The notes under the pieces: generated by a model
The model's database searches: none
Seen by the model: the letters and a program-made list of their open reading frames with translations, nothing else
What the model was told of the DNA's origin: nothing
Shown: piece after piece, positions 1-8,312 of the stretch
Layout: each line of letters starts with the position of its first letter
How positions within the stretch are numbered: position 1 is the stretch's first letter
Position numbers and translations under genes: made by a program
NCBI GenBank assembly: GCA_041389085.1
Contig: JAWKSL010000002.1
Coordinates: 14,556 to 78,555 of the forward strand
Length of the DNA: 64,000 nucleotides
From: Minisyncoccota bacterium
GTDB lineage: Bacteria; Patescibacteriota; Minisyncoccia; UBA6257; 1-14-0-10-44-23
Direction of reading: 5' to 3'

Positions 1-1471
1 CATAGGGTTTAACCCCCTTGAGGTGACCAACCCAGAGCACAAGCACTTGGTAGCGAGTGGTTTGATGGGAATCTTTACCAAAATTTGGGCAAACGTATGG
101 TCTGCTCGAATGGAATACATCTTGAACAACGCTGTGCTCGCACTGCTTGATACTCCAGGATCAACACTTCTTGGTATAACGCGAATTTTGGTAGACAAAG
201 ACTACCGCCAAAAAGTTATAAACAACGTTAAAGACCCTGTTGTTCGTAGCTTTTGGGTAAACGAGTTTGAGGAGTGGCAGGACAAGTTTAGAAACGAAGC
301 TATCGCTCCTATTCAAAACAAGGTAGGGCAGTTTCTTTCTACTGCGCTGATTCGAAACGTTGTTGGCCAACCAACGAGCACTATCGACATATTCGATATG
401 ATGAACTCTAAGAAAATCTTTTTGGTAAACGTTTCTAAGGGGCGCATCGGAGAGGACAACAGCGCGCTGCTTGGAGCTATGCTTATCACTAAAATTCAGC
501 TTGCAGCGATGGAGCGCGTGCGCATCCTTGAAGAAGATAGAAAAGACTTCTATCTATATGTAGACGAGTTTCAAAACTTTGCTACCGATTCTTTCGCGAG
601 CGTACTTTCTGAGGCTCGTAAGTACCGACTTAACTTGATTATTGCTCACCAGTACGTTGGTCAGTTGGTTACTGATATGTCTACAAAAGTGCGCGACGCT
701 GTGTTTGGAAACGCGGGAACACTGATAACGTTTCGCGTTGGCGCAAGCGATGCAGAGTTTTTGGAAAAGGAATTTTCTCCAGAGTTTGATATTCAAGATA
801 TTGTAAACCTGCCAAACTACCACATTTATCTACGCCTTATGGTTGATGGAGTAAGTCGGCGCCCATTTTCAGCAAAGACTCTTCCGCCGTTTAAGCCTCC
901 TGTGCACGCTTTGACTGAACAGGAAATCATCGACCTTTCTCGCCAGCGCTATGCGCGAAACAGGCGTGATGTTGAAACTCTTATCAATAAATGGGCTGGG
1001 GGAGACGGAGCTGTTGAGGAAGGTGAATCTGGCAGCGCACCGGTAAAGCTGAAGAAAACAAAAGACGGTGAGTTCATAAAGGCGGCATGTAGCGTGCCAG
1101 GATGTGAGCGTGTGGCTAAACTGCGCTTTGCTCCAGACCCAAACAGGCCAGTTTACTGCTCTCCTCACCTTGAGGCTCTTGAAAACGGAGAGATAGAGCC
1201 GGTGAAAGTTCTTCGTGCTCCAAGTGAGGAGCGCCTAGAGCAGGCACTTGGTGGGTTGGCAGCACTTGGTATCGAATTTGAGCCAGGGAGTGGAAAGAGT
1301 AAGAAGAAAAAGAGAAAGCGAAGACGCGGTAAAAAGAAAGGAGGTGATAGACCGGCAGAAGTTTCTCTTTCAAGTCTTTCCTCGCCCGCAAATGAGAAGA
1401 AGGTAGCTGAGACAGATAAAAAAGAAGCTGTAGATAAAGAAGAGCTTCGAAAAATACTCTCAGGTGAATAA
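1..1471 (+). CDS. VirD4/TraD-like (type IV coupling, TrwB-type) ATPase, 5'-partial, with a C-terminal CxxC-x17-CxxC-like Zn domain
   Basis: Walker B LYVDEFQNF and LSEARKYRLNL; C-terminal CSVPGC...PDPNRPVYC; frame is open from the window start. Confidence 0.85.
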   Translation, partial: IGFNPLEVTNPEHKHLVASGLMGIFTKIWANVWSARMEYILNNAVLALLDTPGSTLLGITRILVDKDYRQKVINNVKDPVVRSFWVNEFEEWQDKFRNEAIAPIQNKVGQFLSTALIRNVVGQPTSTIDIFDMMNSKKIFLVNVSKGRIGEDNSALLGAMLITKIQLAAMERVRILEEDRKDFYLYVDEFQNFATDSFASVLSEARKYRLNLIIAHQYVGQLVTDMSTKVRDAVFGNAGTLITFRVGASDAEFLEKEFSPEFDIQDIVNLPNYHIYLRLMVDGVSRRPFSAKTLPPFKPPVHALTEQEIIDLSRQRYARNRRDVETLINKWAGGDGAVEEGESGSAPVKLKKTKDGEFIKAACSVPGCERVAKLRFAPDPNRPVYCSPHLEALENGEIEPVKVLRAPSEERLEQALGGLAALGIEFEPGSGKSKKKKRKRRRGKKKGGDRPAEVSLSSLSSPANEKKVAETDKKEAVDKEELRKILSGE

Positions 1472-1498
1472 AAATACCGCCCACTGGGCGGTATTTTA

Positions 1499-2083
1499 CT
1501 AGATTGCTTCTTTGCCTTTTTCTACTCGAGTATCGTATTCACCAGTTTGAGTGTTCACGCGGATTATGTCTCCTACGTTTATGTGGAGCGGTACGTTTAC
1601 CTTTGCTCCTGTTTCAAGCATTGCTACTTTGTTTCCTCCACTTACGGTGTTTCCTTTTATGCTTGGCGGAGTTTCGGTTACCTTTAGGTCCATCTTTACT
1701 GGCACTTCAACAGAGATAACTTCACCGTTGAATTTAAGCGCAGTGATCATTTCGTTTTGCTTGATAAAGCGCACTTGTTCTTCTACTGACTCGGCTGGGA
1801 GTTCGAAGCGCTTTGATGGGTCGTCTTTTTTACAGAACCAGAACTGCCCACGGTTGTTGTAGAGGTATTTTATTTCCTCCTTCTCCATATCGGCTTCCTC
1901 AAAGGTTTCGTTCATGTGGAAGTTTCTCTGAAGCACCTTTCCGCTGATAAGGTTTTTCATTTCGGTCTGCATAACAGGCTTTCTTTGCTGCTTTCTCAAG
2001 AAAGCTGCGTTGATAACGAGGTATGGCTGACCTTCGTATACAAACACAACTCCTGGTTTTAGTTCTGAATATGATAGTGACAT
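1499..2083 (-). CDS. efp: elongation factor P
   Basis: YSELKPG, TPPSIKGNT, KVAMLETGAKVNVPLHINVGD; start re-called to the ATG at 2083. Confidence 0.95.
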   Translation of the reverse strand: MSLSYSELKPGVVFVYEGQPYLVINAAFLRKQQRKPVMQTEMKNLISGKVLQRNFHMNETFEEADMEKEEIKYLYNNRGQFWFCKKDDPSKRFELPAESVEEQVRFIKQNEMITALKFNGEVISVEVPVKMDLKVTETPPSIKGNTVSGGNKVAMLETGAKVNVPLHINVGDIIRVNTQTGEYDTRVEKGKEAI

Positions 2084-2149
2084 ATTGTTATTTAGCTTAT
2101 AGCATATAGTAAATGAGTCGCTGGCATGTTGTAAATAGGCTCTCTTTTT

Positions 2150-3196
2150 ATGAAAAAAAGTTCTAAAACAGTTTTCGTTGGTCTTTCTGGAGGCGTAGAC
2201 TCTTCTGTGGCGGCTTTTTTGTTGCAAAAAGAAGGCTACAACGTAGTGGGGGTACACATTCGCTGCTTCAACGTAGACGGCTGCGCTGAAGACGACGCTG
2301 AAGATGCGCGGCGCGTTGCAGAAACGCTTGGGATACCGTTTTATGTTTTCGATTTTGAAAAGGAGTATAAGGAGATGGTGGTTGAATACATGGTGGCAGG
2401 CTACAAGCAGGGTATAACGCCAAATCCAGATGTGATGTGCAACTTAGAAATAAAGTTTGGGCTTTTTTACCGACGTGCTTTGCGTATGGGTGCTGACTAT
2501 GTAGCAACTGGGCACTATGCGCGCACTGATGGTGCACACCTTCTTTCAGGGCTTGATAAAGAGAAGGACCAGACATACTTCCTCTGGCGCGTTGGTGCTT
2601 CTCAACTGCCGCACATTCTTTTCCCACTTGGTGGTTTGCAGAAAGGAAAGGTTCGCGAGATAGCGAAAAAAGCGAGGCTTCATACTGCGACTAAGAAAGA
2701 CTCTCAGGGTGTGTGTTTTCTTGGAGAAATAAGTTTGCCAGAATTTTTGGCAACATTTATCCCGCAGAAAAAAGGGAGAGTGCTTGGCGCAGATGGAAGC
2801 GTGCTTGGCTCGCACAAAGGGGTACACAATTTTACGATAGGGCAAAGACACGGGCTTGGTATCGGTGGGTTTGCAAGCGCACAGTACGTGCTTCAGAAAG
2901 ATTTGGAAAACAACACTGTCGTGATCGGTGGGGCAGACGATGAACGAGCGTTTCGCAAAGAAATTTTTCTTATCGATATAAATGAGCTTACTGCTTTTAA
3001 AAACAATCAGGCAGTTTTAGTACGCTTTCGCTACCGCCAGCCTTTGATTAAAGCGCGAATAAAAAAAGCGAATGGGCACACTTCGATTGTTTTCGATACA
3101 CCGCAGCGGTTTATCGCTGAGGGACAGAGCGCTGTTTTGTATGACTTAAAGGGGAATAAGGTTTTTGGGGGAGGGATAATTGCGAGAACAGAATAA
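2150..3196 (+). CDS. mnmA: tRNA 2-thiouridylase MnmA
   Basis: GLSGGVDSSV, TPNPDVMCN, ATGHYA, KDQTYFL, KKDSQGVCF. Confidence 0.97.
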   Translation: MKKSSKTVFVGLSGGVDSSVAAFLLQKEGYNVVGVHIRCFNVDGCAEDDAEDARRVAETLGIPFYVFDFEKEYKEMVVEYMVAGYKQGITPNPDVMCNLEIKFGLFYRRALRMGADYVATGHYARTDGAHLLSGLDKEKDQTYFLWRVGASQLPHILFPLGGLQKGKVREIAKKARLHTATKKDSQGVCFLGEISLPEFLATFIPQKKGRVLGADGSVLGSHKGVHNFTIGQRHGLGIGGFASAQYVLQKDLENNTVVIGGADDERAFRKEIFLIDINELTAFKNNQAVLVRFRYRQPLIKARIKKANGHTSIVFDTPQRFIAEGQSAVLYDLKGNKVFGGGIIARTE

Positions 3197-3290
3197 TGAA
3201 TTAAGAATACAGAATCAGGAATGATTTTAGATGTTAGATTTTGGATTTTAGAATATAGTCCTAGAGTAAGAATAATGAATAAAGAATAAC
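3187..3290. repeat. degenerate 7-nt periodic repeat tract
   Basis: agaataa/tgaatta/agaatca/ggaatga and ttttaga/tgttaga/ttttgga/ttttaga units right after the mnmA stop. Confidence 0.6.
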
Positions 3291-3336
3291 CACGTCACCG
3301 CTTCAAACATAAATATAAACGCGATTTCCTACAAGT

Positions 3337-3364
3337 TTACCTCTATGATCGATCATAGAGGTAA
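3337..3364. repeat. perfect 28-bp palindrome
   Basis: ttacctctatgatc/gatcatagaggtaa, no spacer. Confidence 0.9.
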
Positions 3365-3421
3365 GAGGGGGCTTTCGAGCGTAAAACTACGCGAAGAGGA
3401 AGAGGTGATTTTTTTGAAGAT

Positions 3422-3562
3422 AAAAAGAAGAAACCCCGCACTCTGCCGTTGGCAAAGCGCGGGGCTCGAACTAGTGAAGGTGGGGGAAACCTCTTGGAGA
3501 AAAGGGGAAATTCGTGTGGAATGAGAAGGAGGTTTGACGCTATTGAGCAACCCCCACCTTCT
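3422..3562 (-). ncRNA. candidate ~140-nt sRNA carrying an anti-SD motif
   Basis: upstream TTGACA/TGTTATAAT promoter; 11-bp stem 3551-3561 with 3476-3486; CCUCCUUCUC at 3523-3532; GC hairpin terminator 3431-3466 followed by U-rich tail. Confidence 0.6.
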
Positions 3563-3567
3563 CTATC

Positions 3568-3595
3568 ATTATAACATATACGCTATATTTGTCAA
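3568..3595 (-). promoter_or_regulatory. consensus sigma70 promoter
   Basis: TTGACA (3595-3590), 16-bp spacer, extended TG-n-TATAAT (3576-3568). Confidence 0.8.
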
Positions 3596-3634
3596 TAGGT
3601 AGGGATTTGGGGTGGTTTTGGTATGATTTAGATA

Positions 3635-5032
3635 GTGAATTTGGCTCATAGGTTTTTTGTAGCCTTAGTTTTGTTTTTGTGCGGAGTTTTTGTTGCTAGT
3701 TTTCTATCTCAATGGGGCAGTGCCCCTCTTTTTATATTAATTTTGAGTATTCTTCTTGCAGCGCTTTGCTATTTCTTTTCGTTGAGGTGGATGGCTATTC
3801 TGTTTATATTCTTCCTTCTCGGTGGTCAGTACTACCTTTTTGACGATAGGGCGTATCGGGCAAAGGAAATTGATTTTTCTAGTACTGAGTTTTCTGGCGA
3901 AGTTGTGCGGTATGAATATAAGCTTCGCAGCCAGGAGTTTGATGTTGTTTTAGATAGTGGCGCTAAGGTGCGTGTATATAGTGGCGTGGCTCCAAAGGTT
4001 TTTTATAAAGATAGAGTTTCTTTGTTTGGAGAAGCCTTGCCCCTTTCTTCTAATAGTGTGCGGTACTTTGAAAAGGAGGGAGTGAGTGCGACTATGGCTT
4101 TCCCTGAAGTGTCCATTTTAGGCTCCTCAGATTCTTTCCTTGGCGGTTTGTACAAATTTTCTGATCTCGTTTCTGCCCGCTTTGATCGATTTATTGGCGG
4201 GCAGGCTGGTGCGTTTATGGCTGGTATAACCTTAGGGACTGACTCTCGATTTTCTTCTGATCTTAAGCGTAAACTTTCTCTTACGGGTACTACGCATATC
4301 GTTGCTCTTTCGGGATACAACATTAGCATTATCGCCCTTTCTATTTCTTTATTAGCTTCTCGCTTTCTAAGATTGCGCGGAGCGTTTATTGCAAGCGTGG
4401 TTGCTATCTGTTTGTTTGTGCTTATGACTGGGGCGAGTGCAAGTGTGGTGAGGGCGGGGATAATGGGCATGCTAGTACTTTTGGCAAACCAGTTGGGTCG
4501 AGTTTACTCACTTCGAAACGCAATCGCCTTTAGCGCATTTTTGATGGTGCTTGTTAACCCTAAAGTTCTTGTGTTTGACCTTGGGTTTCAGCTCTCATTT
4601 TTAGCACTTATTGGAATAGTGTATTTTTCTCCGGTGATTAAAGGAGTGCTTGGGTTTGCTTCCGACAAAATTTCTATTGTGAAGGAAAGCTTAGCTATGA
4701 CTCTTGCTGCTCAGCTTGCGGTGATGCCACTGATTCTTTTCCAGTTTGGCTTTGTTCCAGTTTTTTCTATCTTTGCCAACGTACTCATTCTTACTTTTAT
4801 CCCACTTACTATGCTTTTGGGGCTTTTTATCTTTCTATTTAGTTTTCTGTCTGCATATTTGGCAGAATTTTTTGGATTACTTAGCCGAATAATTATAGGC
4901 TATATATTTTTCGTGATCGATTTCTTTTCTCGCTTCAGCGTGCAACTTGAGCTTGGATTTTTCTCTATCGTGTTTATGATTGCTTCATTCACCGGGCTAT
5001 TTATGGTTTTATATAAACAACGCAGTATATGA
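3635..5032 (+). CDS. comEC: ComEC/Rec2 competence protein, membrane domain
   Basis: TGTTHIVALSGYN, SVVRAGIM, DLGFQLSFLA. Confidence 0.93.
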   Translation: MNLAHRFFVALVLFLCGVFVASFLSQWGSAPLFILILSILLAALCYFFSLRWMAILFIFFLLGGQYYLFDDRAYRAKEIDFSSTEFSGEVVRYEYKLRSQEFDVVLDSGAKVRVYSGVAPKVFYKDRVSLFGEALPLSSNSVRYFEKEGVSATMAFPEVSILGSSDSFLGGLYKFSDLVSARFDRFIGGQAGAFMAGITLGTDSRFSSDLKRKLSLTGTTHIVALSGYNISIIALSISLLASRFLRLRGAFIASVVAICLFVLMTGASASVVRAGIMGMLVLLANQLGRVYSLRNAIAFSAFLMVLVNPKVLVFDLGFQLSFLALIGIVYFSPVIKGVLGFASDKISIVKESLAMTLAAQLAVMPLILFQFGFVPVFSIFANVLILTFIPLTMLLGLFIFLFSFLSAYLAEFFGLLSRIIIGYIFFVIDFFSRFSVQLELGFFSIVFMIASFTGLFMVLYKQRSI

Positions 5033-5883
5033 GCGAACGAGGGAAGAAAATTGTATTTTTTAGCATTCTAGCTATAGCGCTTCTTTTTGACTTTTTCTTG
5101 TGGAAGAAAATATTTACTCTGCATGGAGCTTCGTCGCTTGAGGTTTATTTTCTCAATGTTGGGCAAGGGGATAGCACGCTTGTGCGGTTTCCTTCGGGCG
5201 CAACTATGCTTGTAGACGCTGGTCGGCCTGGCTCTTTAAACTTGGGTGAGCTCAATTCTTTTCTTTCCGGTGGCTATATTGACCTTATTGTTATGAGTCA
5301 TCCTGACTTAGACCATTTTGGAGGTATTGTAGACGTCATTAATACTTTCAAGGTTGGGGCTTTTGTGAGCTCTGGTCGAAAGTCTGATGGGGCTGAGTTT
5401 TTGGAGCTTCAGGATGCTCTCGAGGAGTCTGGCGTTGCTTCTATTGTTGTGAATGAAGGAGATGCTTTCCGTATTGATAACAATACGGTTGCAGTTTTGG
5501 CCCCTTCTTTTTCTGAAGCCTTGTCTGGAGAACAAAACGACTCTTCGGTGGTTTTGTATGTCGATACTGAAGGTTTGGACGTTTTGATTATGGGCGATGC
5601 GAGTACCGCAGTTGAAGAGCGGCTTGTAAGTGAATACGACGTAAAGGTAGACGTGCTTCGCGTTGGGCACCACGGATCCGATACAAGTTCTTCTGAGAAG
5701 TTTCTTCTTGAAGCCTTTCCTGCCTTTTCTATTATCTCGGTTGGCGAAAATTCTTATGGACACCCAACGAGTGAGGTGCTTAGAAGACTTATGTCGGTAA
5801 GCCGTGTATTTCGTACTGATGAGAGGGGTACGTTGCTTGTACGCGAGGCGCATGGAGAGGTTGAAGTGCTTAAGGCACGCTAG
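5029..5883 (+). CDS. ComEC-type MBL-fold hydrolase (split C-terminal domain)
   Basis: NVGQGDS, SHPDLDHFGG, VGHHGS, NSYGHP. Confidence 0.9.
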   Translation: MSERGKKIVFFSILAIALLFDFFLWKKIFTLHGASSLEVYFLNVGQGDSTLVRFPSGATMLVDAGRPGSLNLGELNSFLSGGYIDLIVMSHPDLDHFGGIVDVINTFKVGAFVSSGRKSDGAEFLELQDALEESGVASIVVNEGDAFRIDNNTVAVLAPSFSEALSGEQNDSSVVLYVDTEGLDVLIMGDASTAVEERLVSEYDVKVDVLRVGHHGSDTSSSEKFLLEAFPAFSIISVGENSYGHPTSEVLRRLMSVSRVFRTDERGTLLVREAHGEVEVLKAR

Positions 5884-5924
5884 CTCTTCACGAGAAGGGG
5901 CTTTCTTGATACTCTAGGGCTTAT

Positions 5925-7316
5925 ATGAGAACTCTTATAAAAGAGACTGTTTCAAAGGTAGGCGAGACTGTGGAGCTTCAAGGCTGGATCGACAGTAGGC
6001 GAGACCACGGAAAGCTTATCTTTTTAGATATCCGCGACCGCAGCGGGGTAATTCAGGCCGTAGTAACTCCGAAAAGCGCTGCTTACGATAGCGCTCAAGC
6101 ACTGCGCGATGAATGGGTAGTGTCTGTAAAAGCTGAGATAAAGGAGCGCCCTGAGAAAATGGTAAACAAAGACCTTGCGACTGGTACGGTAGAGGCTTCT
6201 ATTGTTGAACTTACTATTTTAAATGAAAGCGAGACTCCACCAATTCCTGTACACGGAAGCGGACACGACATTGGAGAAGAGGCACGCCTCAAGTACCGCT
6301 ACATAGACCTTCGCCGTGAAAGAATGCAGCGGAACATTCGTTTGCGATCTGAACTCATCGATCGATGCCGACAATTTTTGTTTAAGCGCGACTTTGTGGA
6401 AATCGAAACTCCTATGCTTACTAAGAGCACTGCAGAGGGGAGTCGAGACTTTGTAGTCCCAAGCCGACTTCACCAAGGAAAGTTTTTTGCACTTCCTCAG
6501 AGCCCTCAGCAGTACAAGCAGCTTTTGATGACTGCTGGATTTGAGCGCTACTTCCAAATAGCTCGTTGTATTCGCGATGAAGACTTGCGCGCAGACCGTG
6601 GATTTGAACACACACAGCTCGACATGGAGGTGAGCTTTGTTGATCGCGAAGACGTACTCAACCTTGATGAGGAAATGATAACTACCGTAGTAGAGGCTAT
6701 GGGCTACACTATAAAGGAGAAGCCGTTTCCTCGCATAAGCTACAAGGAGGCGATGGAGAAATATGGGGCCGACAAGTTCGATATGCGTAGCGAGGAGGAC
6801 AAGAAAAATGGAGTACTCGCGTTTGCATGGGTTGTTGACTTCCCATTCTTTGAGAAGAATGAAGAAGGAGGGTGGACGTTTTCTCACAACCCGTTTTCTG
6901 CAGTACTTCCTGAGAGCCTTGATGATTTGATGGCAGGGAAGAATATAGAAAACATTATTTCTTCTCAATACGACCTTGTATGCAACGGGTTTGAAGTAGG
7001 AGGAGGAAGTGTGCGTGCTCACAAGCCAGAGTGGCTTACTGCAGCGCTTAAGATAATGGGATTTTCAGATGAAAAGATAGAAGCTGAGTACGGACACATG
7101 CTTCAAGCGTTTCGGCTTGGAACTCCGCCACACGGAGGGCTTGCTCACGGTATCGAGCGACTCGCTATGATACTTGCTGGTGAGGAATACTTGAGAGAAG
7201 TGCAGGCGTTTCCTCAAAGCAGTAGTGGGCGCACTGCAGTTATGGACGCTCCAACTGAGCTTGACGCTAAGCAGTTAAAGGAATTAGGTTTAGAAATAAA
7301 AAAACAAAAGAAATAG
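5925..7316 (+). CDS. aspS: aspartyl-tRNA synthetase, short form without GAD insertion
   Basis: RRDHGKLIFLDIRDRSG, LPQSPQQYKQLLM, PPHGGLAHGIER. Confidence 0.95.
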   Translation: MRTLIKETVSKVGETVELQGWIDSRRDHGKLIFLDIRDRSGVIQAVVTPKSAAYDSAQALRDEWVVSVKAEIKERPEKMVNKDLATGTVEASIVELTILNESETPPIPVHGSGHDIGEEARLKYRYIDLRRERMQRNIRLRSELIDRCRQFLFKRDFVEIETPMLTKSTAEGSRDFVVPSRLHQGKFFALPQSPQQYKQLLMTAGFERYFQIARCIRDEDLRADRGFEHTQLDMEVSFVDREDVLNLDEEMITTVVEAMGYTIKEKPFPRISYKEAMEKYGADKFDMRSEEDKKNGVLAFAWVVDFPFFEKNEEGGWTFSHNPFSAVLPESLDDLMAGKNIENIISSQYDLVCNGFEVGGGSVRAHKPEWLTAALKIMGFSDEKIEAEYGHMLQAFRLGTPPHGGLAHGIERLAMILAGEEYLREVQAFPQSSSGRTAVMDAPTELDAKQLKELGLEIKKQKK

Positions 7317-7317
7317 T

Positions 7318-7797
7318 ATGAATCACCCAAAAGAAGAGAGAACACTAGTGCTTATAAAGCCTGACGCTATGCAGCGTGCTTTGCTCGGAGAAATTGTACA
7401 CCGCTTTGAGCGCAAGGGGCTTAAGATAATCGGTATGAAAATGGTTAGTATGAGCGACGCTCTTACTAAGAGCCACTACGAAAAGCTTGCTGATAAGCCA
7501 TTTTTTGAAGGACTTAAGAACTTTATGCAATCAAGCCCAGTAGTGGCTATGGTGCTTTCTGGAATTAACGCGGTTACCATTACCCGCACTCTTCTTGGGC
7601 CAACTAAGGGGTATGAAGCTCCAGCTGGCACAATCCGTGGAGACTTCGCTATGAGCATGCAGAGCAACCTTTGCCACGCAAGCGACCCAGAGGAAGATCC
7701 AGAGGCTGAGGTGAAGCGATTTTTCACTGATGAGGAGCTTTTCTCATATAAAAAGATCAACTTCGACATTCTTCACAGCCCAGACGAGCGAGAGTAG
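7318..7797 (+). CDS. ndk: nucleoside-diphosphate kinase
   Basis: ERTLVLIKPDA, GTIRGDF, NLCHASD. Confidence 0.97.
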   Translation: MNHPKEERTLVLIKPDAMQRALLGEIVHRFERKGLKIIGMKMVSMSDALTKSHYEKLADKPFFEGLKNFMQSSPVVAMVLSGINAVTITRTLLGPTKGYEAPAGTIRGDFAMSMQSNLCHASDPEEDPEAEVKRFFTDEELFSYKKINFDILHSPDERE

Positions 7798-7840
7798 TAA
7801 GAATTTTTACTCCTCAACGTCTAATGATATACTGAGAGTA

Positions 7841-7958
7841 ATCCCGCTCTGAAGTTTTTCTACAACTTTTGGCATCGGGATGGCAAATTGCTGCAAACCG
7901 TGGTTTGCTAGCTGAGCTAACCCACCTAGTTCTTACTAGGATTGCTGATGAGCGGGGT
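7841..7958 (+). ncRNA. candidate multi-hairpin RNA
   Basis: TG-n-TATACT at 7825-7833; closing helix atcccgctc/gagcggggt; inner hairpins gcaaacc/ggtttgc and cctagt/actagg. Confidence 0.4.
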
Positions 7959-7964
7959 TCTTTT

Positions 7965-8129
7965 AGTTCTAGCCCCTTCTTAATGCAAAGTTCCTATACA
8001 TTCAAAATTGCTTCGATTTGCATTTCTTTCGCTCACTGTAGCTTTTCAGCCACTATCTCGCTCAAGAAATACAAATCTAAACAATTTTGCTAGCGAATAG
8101 CATTTCTTGCTCAAGAAGGAGCTAGAACT
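7965..8129. repeat. MITE-like element with 17-bp terminal inverted repeats
   Basis: agttctagccccttctt ... aagaaggagctagaact (1 mismatch). Confidence 0.55.
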
Positions 8130-8206
8130 TCTTCGGGGAGTAGGCGCCAGCTGGCAGTTTTTCTTTTTATTGCTTTGTTCTCGCTTTTAACTTAGATTTT
8201 ATATAC

Positions 8207-8310
8207 ATGAATAGCGATTTATCTCGTATTCGAAATTTCAGTATCATAGCTCACCCCGATATACTCGCGCCAAGTCAAGCTTGGCTCGCCACGGGGCAGG
8301 CATAGACCAT
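8207..8310 (+). pseudogene. relic lepA 5' end interrupted by a 47-bp CCCCG...CGGGG hairpin
   Basis: encodes MNSDLSRIRNFSIIAH|insert 8254-8300|IDH directly upstream of intact lepA. Confidence 0.85.
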
Positions 8311-8312
8311 TT

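Noticed and set aside
2084-2257. N-terminal extension of EF-P in the 252-aa ORF call
   Set aside because: It overlaps mnmA on the opposite strand; EF-P homology starts at the ATG at 2083.
3353-3550. 65-aa minus-strand ORF
   Set aside because: It runs through the terminator hairpin; an sRNA explains the signals better.
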